Virus record (IMG/VR): IMGVR_UViG_3300034073_003340
Span: 310,001-374,000 of that record
DNA: 64,000 nt
Reading direction: 5' to 3' (one strand)
Part shown: positions 42,682-52,543 of the stretch, piece by piece
Position numbering within the stretch: the first letter of the stretch is position 1
How the letters are laid out: each line of letters begins with the position of its first letter
The notes under the pieces: model-generated
Database searches by the model: none
Seen by the model: the letters and a program-made list of their open reading frames with translations, nothing else
Told to the model about the DNA's origin: nothing
Program-made: the position numbers and the translations under genes

Positions 42682-43539
42682 TTATCCTGCCCAGCCTGGA
42701 GGCGGAGTACAACCAGTTCCAATGAACGCAGGCGGCAACTCATTGAGATAACGCTGATCTTTCTTTGCTACCTGGATACCTCTTTTTTCGAGGTTCTTTC
42801 GACTATCATAATAGAGAATCATCGTACAAAGGATACTGCCGCGCTGGAATGCCACGCTGGTCGTCTTAAAGCTTGTCTGTGGACCAAAACCAGCACCCAT
42901 GTCAAAAGATGTGTCAGAAGCCGTATCGGTTGGTTCCGCGCTGTTGGAACAGCTAGCAGACAAAGTGGCTGAGGTGTTGGCACCTCGGAACACAGACTTC
43001 GTCATTTCACTAGAGCAGGTAACATCACCAGATGACCACATTGGACCACTATAGGGCCAATTGGTCGGACTACGCGGGAAGCTGGTTGGTGATGGATAGA
43101 CGGGATACGGGTGATGGTGATGAATTACCGTGGTAGTGTTTGGCTTTTCCTTTTCTTCAAAAACGATTACGCCAATTACACCACTCACCACTGCCTGACC
43201 CTCTTGTGTCATAGCAGCACTGTAGCTTTTGTCTTTATCCTCAAATGTGAACTTGGCTACCGCATTATTATCTAGTGTCCAACCTGGAATGCGAATGCTG
43301 CCATAGGGGCTAATAATATACCCCTGGCTACTTGGAGTGGCAGGCTTGCCATCGAAGACACTTTTGCCATCAACGCTAGGGACAATCAGGACTTGTTTGC
43401 TGGATCTATTTTTGAATTCAACTTCGAATTCAGAACCCTTGCGACCTTCTACGAATACGTTGCTCTCATGGGAGTACTCCGTAATGGGTCTGCCACCAAT
43501 CAGAATATTGAGCTCAAAAGGGTTTGACTGATCTTTCAT
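42682..43539 (-). CDS. hypothetical protein
   Basis: AAGGAG SD, TAAATA upstream, 285 aa. Confidence 0.75.
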   Translation of the reverse strand: MKDQSNPFELNILIGGRPITEYSHESNVFVEGRKGSEFEVEFKNRSSKQVLIVPSVDGKSVFDGKPATPSSQGYIISPYGSIRIPGWTLDNNAVAKFTFEDKDKSYSAAMTQEGQAVVSGVIGVIVFEEKEKPNTTTVIHHHHPYPVYPSPTSFPRSPTNWPYSGPMWSSGDVTCSSEMTKSVFRGANTSATLSASCSNSAEPTDTASDTSFDMGAGFGPQTSFKTTSVAFQRGSILCTMILYYDSRKNLEKRGIQVAKKDQRYLNELPPAFIGTGCTPPPGWAG

Positions 43540-43631
43540 ATATTTCTCCTTACAGGACTTCTGCTCACCTGCGCGTGAGACTTCTGCCTGTTCTATGGTC
43601 CACTCCGAGTGGGACCGTTACTCAGCAGTAT

Positions 43632-44006
43632 TTATGCCTTAATAGACACACTTAATGCCAAATAAACTAATAGCACATAAGTGAGCCCATGCGCAAGATG
43701 GTCTATACCATGGGCATACACGGTTGCCTGGTCAATGTTTGACCCAAACCATTTATTGGCTTTATATCTTAGATAATCAATATGATAGTGGATCAGTACA
43801 TCAAAGAATGCCAAAACAACGGCCACTTCATGGAAGCCAAATGCCATGAAAACGACCATGGTTCCTGCTCCATGGACACAAGCATGGAGGACGCCCCAGA
43901 GCTGTAAATAGGAACTCTTTTCATCAAGCATTTGCTTGGTCTGAAAAGGATAGTCACATAGAAAGTCTTTGATCAGTAGACTGGATATCAACCATAATGA
44001 AATCAT
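43632..44006 (-). CDS. DUF3307-like membrane protein
   Basis: D...QT..M..K, HACVHG, HYHID and D...H motifs. Confidence 0.7.
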   Translation of the reverse strand: MISLWLISSLLIKDFLCDYPFQTKQMLDEKSSYLQLWGVLHACVHGAGTMVVFMAFGFHEVAVVLAFFDVLIHYHIDYLRYKANKWFGSNIDQATVYAHGIDHLAHGLTYVLLVYLALSVSIKA

Positions 44007-44009
44007 AAT

Positions 44010-44474
44010 TCAATCTACAACAGAAGAGTACTGCTCGTCATTAATCACTTCATCCTGCTTGCTTAAAAGCAGCGGGAGGATAGCGAGTATGATAACGATA
44101 GCGACCGCTATCTTGTAAGGTTGACCTTTGGCACTGGTTGCCGCAGCACTGATAACAAAGAATGCCAAGATACTAGTGGAGACAGGGCGTAGTCGAAAAT
44201 AGGATTCAACTTTATCAAGAAGATTTTTATCCCGTTCAATGCTACGGGCTAACGCCTGCTCTTCTTGAGTCTGATAACCTTCTGGGTTGGTTGAGGTGCG
44301 ATTTTGTGGGTTGACCGGATCATATTGGACCCGGTTGAGTCTACGATGAAGATACGCCACTAGTCGTCTAAATGGCCCAAAGCGCAAAAGCCAACCTTCA
44401 TATCGTTTTAGCAAGGAATTCTTAGTAACAATCGCTTGCTTGGTCATGTCTTCAAAGAAATCCAGCTGTTTCAT
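44010..44474 (-). CDS. membrane protein
   Basis: Two C-terminal TM segments. Confidence 0.6.
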   Translation of the reverse strand: MKQLDFFEDMTKQAIVTKNSLLKRYEGWLLRFGPFRRLVAYLHRRLNRVQYDPVNPQNRTSTNPEGYQTQEEQALARSIERDKNLLDKVESYFRLRPVSTSILAFFVISAAATSAKGQPYKIAVAIVIILAILPLLLSKQDEVINDEQYSSVVD

Positions 44475-45043
44475 CTTCCTACCATACTGATAATCTTAGC
44501 AACGGATCTCTTTACTCTTTCATCAGGCAAACGCTCTGCCTCATCAAGAGGAATCCATTTAGCTGCTGATACTTCGTCAACTTGTGGAGTCAAAGCTACA
44601 AGATCTCTTGCCAGTCCAAGATACAAGAAGTCATGATGCCAATGCTCGTCTTCATTCTTATGAGGGCGAGCCGGAATATAATGTGAATCGACATCAAGCG
44701 CAATGTGATGGCTATAATGAAGGTAATCAACCAATTCAATTGGGAAACCAGTTTCTTCAGCAAGTTCCCTTAACGCGGAATCTCGAGGGGCAACATCGCC
44801 TTCATAATGCCCACCAGGAAAAAGCCATTTGTCAAAACCCAAATGATGAATCATCAAAAGATGTGTCTTATCAGGGTTCAAAAGAGCAAAGCTGGAAGTC
44901 ACGTGACCATCAAAATTTCGACGGTCCTGCAGATCTTGATCTTCCGCAAGTTGTCGTGATAGATGAGAGAACATTTGTCTATCATAGCCATTGAATAGCA
45001 GATAGTTGTCCAAATGTAGGTTAATCAAAACATTGATGTTCAC
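44471..45043 (-). CDS. NUDIX hydrolase
   Basis: FPGGHYE...ALRELAEETG Nudix box. Confidence 0.88.
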   Translation of the reverse strand: MNINVLINLHLDNYLLFNGYDRQMFSHLSRQLAEDQDLQDRRNFDGHVTSSFALLNPDKTHLLMIHHLGFDKWLFPGGHYEGDVAPRDSALRELAEETGFPIELVDYLHYSHHIALDVDSHYIPARPHKNEDEHWHHDFLYLGLARDLVALTPQVDEVSAAKWIPLDEAERLPDERVKRSVAKIISMVGR

Positions 45044-45197
45044 GGGTTGATTCCGAGGATCTTGAGATAATTTCTAGCCACTTGAAGTTCTAACTCATAA
45101 TCCTCAGGAGTATGATTTCCATTGAAACGAGCCAAAGCTGAATCAACTATCAACTTGAGCTTTTGCTCATAGCGAGTTTGAGGAATGGAGCCGTCCT

Positions 45198-45491
45198 TCA
45201 CGCAAGTTCAACAATCGCTTTGAGAGGATGCTTATAGCTTTTGGCAACCTGATTACACTCGAAAACCTTTTGCTCGGCAATTTCCTTGGTGTAAACACCA
45301 GCAACTCCACGACCTTTTTCGTGAACATCCATAGTGAGCTGATGAGCTTCTGTGGCTGACTTGTTGAAAATTTCAACCAACACCTGGATGACAAAATCCA
45401 TTGGGGTATAGTCATCATTCAAAAGCAAAACCTTATAAAGGCTAGGAACTTTCAACTTGGTAACAGTCTGGGTGTCGAGTGCGGTGCTCAT
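45198..45491 (-). CDS. clpS: ATP-dependent Clp protease adaptor ClpS
   Basis: YKVLLLNDDYTPMDFV...VHEKG..VAGVY..EIAEQK...HPL. Confidence 0.93.
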   Translation of the reverse strand: MSTALDTQTVTKLKVPSLYKVLLLNDDYTPMDFVIQVLVEIFNKSATEAHQLTMDVHEKGRGVAGVYTKEIAEQKVFECNQVAKSYKHPLKAIVELA

Positions 45492-45565
45492 ATAGTCTCC
45501 TTTAATGATCTCCACATAACGTTAAAAACGTGTGTAATCAATATCTGTTTGAAATCAGATAACCA

Positions 45566-46369
45566 TCATCCAAAGTCGGCATCGGTTAACTTCAGACTTT
45601 CAATCCATTCTAAATATGCCGGAAAAGCATCATAACCAAAAGACCGCAAATATCTAATAAATGAGTCATAGTTGGTTTCGTTTTTCAACGCCCAAGGTAG
45701 CTGATCCACATTGTAGTTTGTGATATCGCTGTTGTTCCAGCGATTGTGGACAATCTTATGAGCCGTTGGACTCAAGAAGTTTGTTCTCATCATGTCTTCA
45801 ATGGCCATGCGACTGCGAGGAGAAGGAGCACGAAAATCAGTTGATCGCAAAATCTCACCGGGATCACTTCCCTCTTTTTGTATGGATGATCGATTCACCA
45901 CCTTGTAATGATGTTGCTCCCAAATGTTGAAAACAGGCTCACCTTCAAATTCCAAGCTGTCAATCTGATGCTTAGTCCAAGGACATATGATAGGTAGTGA
46001 TTCGTCTCCCATCATATACATTCTGAGAATTGGTAGATTGTTGGCTTTAAAAACTAGAGCCTTTTCCACGTTGATCAAATTGAGCTTAGTCCGCAGACTG
46101 GAGGTGAACTTTCCGTTCTTAATCTCAAAATCACCCAAAGGATAGAAAACAGCTTGCTCGCCACGCTTGGTTGAAGCTGAGCAACGCTGATAGATTTGAA
46201 TATACTCCAAAGATCTTGGATTCTTAACCAGATGCCTAAGAGTTTCCTTTAGATCATCTCTCCACTCGGGACTGTCCATGTCCACATAGAAATCAGCATC
46301 ACCGTTTGCCTTGATTCCAGCGGGCAAAAGCCCGCTGGATTCTAAGTCTTCCCATAGATAACCTGACAT
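45566..46369 (-). CDS. hypothetical protein
   Basis: 267-aa ORF in an operon. Confidence 0.7.
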   Translation of the reverse strand: MSGYLWEDLESSGLLPAGIKANGDADFYVDMDSPEWRDDLKETLRHLVKNPRSLEYIQIYQRCSASTKRGEQAVFYPLGDFEIKNGKFTSSLRTKLNLINVEKALVFKANNLPILRMYMMGDESLPIICPWTKHQIDSLEFEGEPVFNIWEQHHYKVVNRSSIQKEGSDPGEILRSTDFRAPSPRSRMAIEDMMRTNFLSPTAHKIVHNRWNNSDITNYNVDQLPWALKNETNYDSFIRYLRSFGYDAFPAYLEWIESLKLTDADFG

Positions 46370-47313
46370 TAGATGAATGCCTTCAATGCGCGTGGATCAG
46401 AAGGACCACCAACATACTGGTTGAAGATATAACGAATAGTCTTTGCTACCCAAACATCCAATGTAGTTTTGGTATTCTTGCTTGTGTTAGAACTTTCATC
46501 ATCAACGTAATTGCTGACTTCAGCCATTGTGGTAAGAGAGCCGGACATTGTCAAAGCGTCAAATAAAGTATCCAGATCATACTGACTTCCGGGAAGGTTT
46601 CGTGCCTTCGGACCAGCAAATTTCTGAATAAATCGAGCAAGACCATAAAACAGACGAGCATCGATTGGACAATTGGGGAAACGCTTGCGAAGATACGTCA
46701 AAGCTTCCTCAGTTGGACCATGTCCAACCTGCTTCCAAGCATTGGTTAAATTACTGATGTGACTCATAGCACCAGGACGCTTTTTATCTGCTAGTGAATT
46801 TCCACAAGGCGTTACACCCGCACGGGCACAGGCCGAAGCCAAAGCCAAGGTATCAGGATCCTGCTGGATTAGCAGATTACGGTACATGTCATACTTGCTA
46901 ACCGGTTTCTGATTGGAGTTGATCGCAATAAACTGCTGACTCTGAAGTGCTACTGCCTGGGTGGCAGAGAGGCCAGCCGGCATTTCCATGACATAAACTT
47001 TGATTTTAGGAATCTTGGCCAAATATGCGCCAACACAAGTATGTTGCCCGTCAGTAATCAAAATCTTACCGTTGGAGTCAATGAAGCCGCTGGGGATTTT
47101 CATCTTCATAAAGCTGAATGCCTGGCCAATCTTAGTGGCGTGTGGTACATTCAAATTGCGCTGATAGCTATGATCCAGATGGAGTTCTGCAGGATCAACA
47201 TCCATGATGATCCCAGCGTTACCTGGATTTACATAGTTCAGATTGATAACGAGTTTGTGCTGTGCGGCAAGATCCGCGATAGAAATGGTATTCTGGTTGG
47301 TTACAGCGTTCAT
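46369..47313 (-). CDS. ParB-N/DGQHR-like domain protein
   Basis: LDHSYQR...ITDGQHT...F..IN motif. Confidence 0.6.
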   Translation of the reverse strand: MNAVTNQNTISIADLAAQHKLVINLNYVNPGNAGIIMDVDPAELHLDHSYQRNLNVPHATKIGQAFSFMKMKIPSGFIDSNGKILITDGQHTCVGAYLAKIPKIKVYVMEMPAGLSATQAVALQSQQFIAINSNQKPVSKYDMYRNLLIQQDPDTLALASACARAGVTPCGNSLADKKRPGAMSHISNLTNAWKQVGHGPTEEALTYLRKRFPNCPIDARLFYGLARFIQKFAGPKARNLPGSQYDLDTLFDALTMSGSLTTMAEVSNYVDDESSNTSKNTKTTLDVWVAKTIRYIFNQYVGGPSDPRALKAFI

Positions 47314-47699
47314 GGCTGGTCCTCCCTTTCTTTAAGCGAGAATGTTTTTGTTTTTCAAAAGCGCCGTCTAATTCGGATCAGGACCGCTCCCTCGGGCTGT
47401 CCTCACTTTCTTATCACCAGTTATACTATTTCTGGTTAGGGGAGTCAAAATAGAAAAGGCGACCCAAGGGTCGCCTTTTCGAGAGTCCTAAATATGCGCC
47501 ATGCTAACTCTTCTGCATGTCTGGTTGTTGCGCCGCAGTTACACCCTCTCGAGGAGTCGCAGAACAATTCCGAAGCCATACACCGGAAAGGGGAACCAGA
47601 ACCCAACGCTGACTACAGCGTTCTTTTATATTTCATATTGGTAGAAGTCTATAATTCAAAAATTGGAGAAAGGTAGAAGGCACCTTTCTCCAATTTCAA

Positions 47700-48512
47700 T
47701 TAAGCAGTGACTTCGTAAGTGAAGACAATCTGGTCAGCCGCATCTAGCGTATAGCCCAACACACCAGTGTTGAAGGTAACAACTTTGGTTGTTCCATTAT
47801 AAGCATAAAGTTCTGATTTGACCGTCAATCCGTTTAAATGGACGATGATAGATGCTGGAATTGTTTTGTCAGCAAGAACAAAAGTCTGAGAGCCATTAAA
47901 CTCACTGCGAGTCTGAGTTACTTTTGCTGCTTCAGTGGCAGCAGTAACCGCGCCAACTGTGGCAATTTCAAGATCTGGATCTGTGGCATCACTAGCATAG
48001 TAGATTTTACCAGTGCCACCACCATTGAGGAAAAGGTTTCCTGAACCAGCGCCACCAAGGAGAGCAAGGTCTTCGTCATCGTCAGCTTGGATGATACCGC
48101 CGCCAGCATTACCGATGATGACTTCACCGTTACCCTGTGGGGCAATTACGATATCAATGTCAGCTTCGGTTCCCTTGGCCGCCACAGTTAGTCGACCGGT
48201 TTCGCCACTGAATTCAAAATTTTCATCGGTAGTGACGCCGCTCTTGAAAGTAGCAAAGTCCACAGCCTCAGTACCGTCAACATTTTCAACTGCGATCTTT
48301 ACACCAGTTTCATCAGCGGCAGTGATTTTGTTGAAGGTGTTGATGCTATTGAGATGATCGTTAACCGACCATACAGGTGATCCACTAACCACACGAAGGA
48401 CCTGATCGTCCTTACCAGAAGCACTGATGGTAGTGCCAGTTCCGCCTACGCCACCAATAAGCAGCGCGCCTGCTTCTGGTAGCTTTAGCTGTTTTGCTTT
48501 TAGCTGAGACAT
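47700..48512 (-). CDS. putative virion structural protein
   Basis: TAAATA and AGGAGG upstream; G/T/A/D-rich beta sequence. Confidence 0.6.
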   Translation of the reverse strand: MSQLKAKQLKLPEAGALLIGGVGGTGTTISASGKDDQVLRVVSGSPVWSVNDHLNSINTFNKITAADETGVKIAVENVDGTEAVDFATFKSGVTTDENFEFSGETGRLTVAAKGTEADIDIVIAPQGNGEVIIGNAGGGIIQADDDEDLALLGGAGSGNLFLNGGGTGKIYYASDATDPDLEIATVGAVTAATEAAKVTQTRSEFNGSQTFVLADKTIPASIIVHLNGLTVKSELYAYNGTTKVVTFNTGVLGYTLDAADQIVFTYEVTA

Positions 48513-48597
48513 AAATTTCCTCCTACAGGATCAGTAATCGTATTTATTCTAACTGAGTTGAGGAAATTTATGAAAGAGCTGGATTTGGTCCAAAATA

Positions 48598-48954
48598 TCA
48601 AAAAGGCTTTGCTAGCTTGAACAAGCTGTTGAACTGTAGAATTGCCTGACAAATAGCATGGGGCAAAGTGGTTCCTTTTGAACCAAAGTTGATTCCAGGA
48701 ACCTGAGGATGTGTAATGGTCACGGACCAAGAAAGATCATCTTCGGCCTTGATCGCAAACGCGCATCCGGCAGCTTTATACCGTGATACCAATGAATGCG
48801 CTGTGGAGGTATCGGTACTATAAGGAGGAACAGAAACAAACTTTCTGTTTTCCATGTCACGAAGCTGAAAGGAGCCAGTCTCGGTGTCATGTATTACCAC
48901 AACACCGAGAATTTTTCTGGCCACTTCAGCATCTAGTTCAGGACCAGGTAGCAT
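48598..48954 (-). CDS. phage ABA-sandwich-like protein
   Basis: ELDAEVA..I.G...PPYSTD..A...AICQA pattern. Confidence 0.55.
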   Translation of the reverse strand: MLPGPELDAEVARKILGVVVIHDTETGSFQLRDMENRKFVSVPPYSTDTSTAHSLVSRYKAAGCAFAIKAEDDLSWSVTITHPQVPGINFGSKGTTLPHAICQAILQFNSLFKLAKPF

Positions 48955-49217
48955 CAGCTTTCCTGAAGACGATTCTTTTTCTTCTGACGGCGGACCGCTT
49001 CCTGACGCTTTTTACGAGCCACCTGACCCTTGGTCTCAGCATACTCCTTGCGGCGCATGTCCCTGATAAGACCTTCCTGGACTACTCGACGCTTGAGGGT
49101 CCTCATAGCAGAATCCAAATTCTTCAGAGCCTGCTCAGGGGTAAAAGCCGGCTTGACCTCGACCGCTAGTCCACGCTTGTGAATATCGCGACCGTTACCA
49201 TTATAGTGTTGTCCCAC
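48954..49217 (-). CDS. rpsU: ribosomal protein bS21
   Basis: V.V...LDSAMRTLKRRV..EG...DMRRKEYAETK...RKK..EA.RR. Confidence 0.85.
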   Translation of the reverse strand: MGQHYNGNGRDIHKRGLAVEVKPAFTPEQALKNLDSAMRTLKRRVVQEGLIRDMRRKEYAETKGQVARKKRQEAVRRQKKKNRLQES

Positions 49218-49335
49218 GCTGGGATCTCCTGTTTGTAGTTAACTTAGATACTTTACTTATATCTAGCCAATTCTTCAATATTCAGGTTGACTTTGTGGAC
49301 ACAAAGTTTTACGGAAAACCCGCAGAGGAGATCTT

Positions 49336-49737
49336 ATGAATAAAATTGCCATGATTGCTGCCGTTAGTTTGGCTCTTACCGCTTGCGGTCCTGAACATAT
49401 TCGTGACGAAGTTCGTGAAGTGGAAACCGGCGATACTATCGTCTCCGATGGTTGGACGGACGTCGTTTTCCAAGGAGAAACGGATCCCAAGGTATCAGAT
49501 CCAAACGCCCTGGCACTTCTCGATGAAAATAGCGATCCCGAACTGTATGTGAAAATCAAGGATATCAGCACGGGAGAGGAATTCAAAGTCTGGCTGGGGT
49601 ATGAATGTAATAGATTCCCAATCCCCAAGGGTGCGAGATTCTTGGCGAAATTTGATATCATGGCGTATGAAAAATCCCCCAAGGAACTCTATATTCGCCC
49701 ATACAGTGAACCAATCAACAAATATCTTTGCTCCTGA
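49336..49737 (+). CDS. putative lipoprotein
   Basis: GAGGAG SD, lipobox LTAC. Confidence 0.7.
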   Translation: MNKIAMIAAVSLALTACGPEHIRDEVREVETGDTIVSDGWTDVVFQGETDPKVSDPNALALLDENSDPELYVKIKDISTGEEFKVWLGYECNRFPIPKGARFLAKFDIMAYEKSPKELYIRPYSEPINKYLCS

Positions 49738-50339
49738 TCCTCTTTGAAAATTCGTCACGAATCAAGGTAGTTGATTCGAGTTCATTGATTTGAACGGAAT
49801 GAACGAACTAGTGAGTGAATGTTGATCTTGCAGTAGGCGTGAAAGCCACACCTTTATCCCCCATTACGATACTGACATAAAAGTGTCATTGTTTCGTAAT
49901 GAGGGATTCAGTGTCTTGCAGTTAGAGGCTGTCAGAGCACACCTTGAAACTGACGCTGAATAAATTCAGCACCGGGGTCACATTGTCGGTCTTACGGTCA
50001 GGAATCCTGGGGTAGTGGCGGCGTCCCAGTCACACGTTTCAAGTCGCATGAGCTGGGCAAAGAGGTGGTCGGAGTGGACCAGAACTCTTATCCAGGGGGT
50101 TCCTTGCGTTGTTTATACTGGCGCCAGACATAACCTTTTCAACTCCTTGCGGAGGAGGCTGTCACCCCATGCTATGGCTCCTCACCATAGCTGATCTTCC
50201 AGTTTGCGCCTAGCCGCTCCCATCCCGTCTTCTTCCGGGCAAGGTATGGATGATGCTAGGTTGTTGGTGTCCTATTTACGGACGTTGAGTATAGGAATAA
50301 CGTACTGGGTAATCCAGAGTCAGTATTATTCTAAACCAG

Positions 50340-51029
50340 TTAGCTGATTTTTCCGAGCATGAATTGACCAAAAGTCTTCATGTCGGGAAGCTGGTGTTCC
50401 AGCCAGTCATTGAATCGTTGTATCTGTTCCTGGCGACGAATATCAGAAGTCTGTTTGATATGTTCAACGCAGCCCACGACTACAGCATAACATTGCGAGA
50501 TGTCCTCAATACGCGCCCTATGAACGCCAGTGAGAACCATGTCCACTGTCACTATATCAAGAGCTTGCTCTTCGCGGACTTCGTTAGCAAGGGCGTCTAA
50601 ACGCTCCTCAAAGGTAGTGCCGTCGAGAAACTCGATCGGCCAAGGATAGTGAGCAATCAGCTCAAACGTTTCTTCCTTGTATCCCAGCTTGGTTCCAATG
50701 CCTATACGCTCTTCAAGCCGAGCCATACGTGCCTCGGTCTTTTCATTGGCGTCGAATTCAATTTGATGATAATTCAACAACAGCTGAAAAGCGTAAACCT
50801 GTAAATCGGGATGAAGCCCTCCCAACCAAAGCGCGAAATTGTTGACCTTTAGATCAACCTCGGCAAAATCCATACCGGTGGTAAAATCTTCTAGAAGTAT
50901 CTTACCAATCTTGTTGATAACCCGAACTTGATCGTCCAGAGACATAGCCTTTTCAGGGAACTTGCCTTTGAGGATTTTCTTAGCTTTTCCCATAAGATCT
51001 CCTATGTCAACGTGAGTTATGTCTAACAT
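50340..51029 (-). CDS. hypothetical protein
   Basis: 229-aa ORF. Confidence 0.65.
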   Translation of the reverse strand: MLDITHVDIGDLMGKAKKILKGKFPEKAMSLDDQVRVINKIGKILLEDFTTGMDFAEVDLKVNNFALWLGGLHPDLQVYAFQLLLNYHQIEFDANEKTEARMARLEERIGIGTKLGYKEETFELIAHYPWPIEFLDGTTFEERLDALANEVREEQALDIVTVDMVLTGVHRARIEDISQCYAVVVGCVEHIKQTSDIRRQEQIQRFNDWLEHQLPDMKTFGQFMLGKIS

Positions 51030-51043
51030 AGGAGATCATGACG

Positions 51044-51229
51044 TCAACCATTTAATCCTTCTTCAAAGCCTAGGTTCCAATAGATATATTCTTCAGAACC
51101 TCTTGAATAGGGATTGTGAGCAAGGGAATCACATCCTAGTCTGACAGCGGTTCCTGCTAGCCAGCCAGCATGTTTAGCCTGTGATAATGTCTTGGAGTCA
51201 GATGCGTCTTTTTTATGCCTCTCGGTCAA
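51044..51229 (-). CDS. small protein, ribosome-modulation-factor-like
   Basis: A..AGW.AG...NPY......W..GF.EG resembles the RMF pattern; TTG start inferred. Confidence 0.4.
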   Translation of the reverse strand: MTERHKKDASDSKTLSQAKHAGWLAGTAVRLGCDSLAHNPYSRGSEEYIYWNLGFEEGLNG

Positions 51230-51551
51230 GCCTACCGAGCAACTCCCCAAATAGCTCTTCTGTATCACTTGGCACCTCATAGGCCAGCGCAAGACGTAAT
51301 GTGTCAAGCAAAATACACCGATCTGAAATTATGCCACTAGTTCTATCAAGCATACCTTGGAGAAGAAACGATACTACTTTGAAATCGCTAGCCGTTTTAT
51401 CTTCCAACATATCTACGCCGTTGGCTATCAGAAGAGCTTCCAATTGCCGATATATTGGGGTAGCCGGAACTCCTTTTGCTATTTTCTTGTTTGTTACCAG
51501 TTTGATAACATTATCTTCATTATGATTAGCGGGTTCGATTTTTGACGACAC
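51213..51551 (-). CDS. hypothetical protein
   Basis: ORF track; GTG start inferred. Confidence 0.5.
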   Translation of the reverse strand: MSSKIEPANHNEDNVIKLVTNKKIAKGVPATPIYRQLEALLIANGVDMLEDKTASDFKVVSFLLQGMLDRTSGIISDRCILLDTLRLALAYEVPSDTEELFGELLGRLDREA

Positions 51552-51967
51552 ATTTTCCCGCTCGGAGCTCAATTGAACCCCGAACAAATTTACTACTTTG
51601 GTGTTCACAAGGGCTCCTGTAATAACGCAATTGGATAAAGGATATTTGGATAGCGACCCCCAATCATCCATATAACACAACGTGGCCCCTCCGCCGTTGC
51701 GCTATTAAGCAAAGCTATAGAAAACGGTTTTTCCTTTCAAGCAAAAAGTTACGCAGAGGTTAAATTTGTCAGTGGATAACTCCAGTAAATCGCAAGTCCT
51801 TTTGTAGAGCCAAGGAAATAGCGTTACTTACATGGAGATAGGTTATGAAGTCTAATAACAAATGTTATTAGACTTCATAGAATACAGAATTTAGGATATG
51901 TTTTATACAAGCTTTGCTTGCTTGAAAAGCATATAAACAAAGCTTTATATCTGCTTAGTTCTGCAGA

Positions 51968-52543
51968 TTACTTCTTAGGTAGTGGAGCAATGATAGCAAA
52001 AAGCTGGCGCTCGCTTCGAACCACCGGACGTTCAAACTTGTAATCCGTGAGAGCATCGCAGAATTCCCGCATCACGTTTGCTCCCACATCCAAATGGGTA
52101 ATCTCACGCCCTTTGAACTTCATGACAATTTTGACCTTGTCGCCATCTTCAAGAAAGCTTTGGGCGCGGCGTGCTTTGACCTTGAGATCATTGCTGTCAG
52201 TTGTAGGACGAAGTTGAATTTCTTTGAGCTCAACTCTGGCCTCTCGGGCTTTTGCTTTGTTTTCCTTCTCTTTACGGCTCTGCTCATATTTGAACCGCCC
52301 GTAATCGAGAATCTTACATACTGGAACTCCATCGGCAATATTAATTGCCACTAGATCCAGACCTGCTGCGCTCGCTCGACGTCTTGCTTCGATGGTGGGT
52401 ATAATGCCTACCTGCTCGCCAGAGTCAGCAATGAGACGAACCTCCCTTGCTCGGATTTGATCGTTCACCGCATATTGAAAATTCAAAGTCGTTATTCCTT
52501 TCTGTTGCCAAGCTATCCTATGATAGAAATTTCTTGGTGTCAA
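51968..52543 (-). CDS. infC: translation initiation factor IF3
   Basis: NDQIRAREVRLI...GLDLVAI...PVCKILDYGRFKYE...KEIQLRP...GDKVK..FKGRE; true start probably near 52486. Confidence 0.93.
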   Translation of the reverse strand: MTPRNFYHRIAWQQKGITTLNFQYAVNDQIRAREVRLIADSGEQVGIIPTIEARRRASAAGLDLVAINIADGVPVCKILDYGRFKYEQSRKEKENKAKAREARVELKEIQLRPTTDSNDLKVKARRAQSFLEDGDKVKIVMKFKGREITHLDVGANVMREFCDALTDYKFERPVVRSERQLFAIIAPLPKK

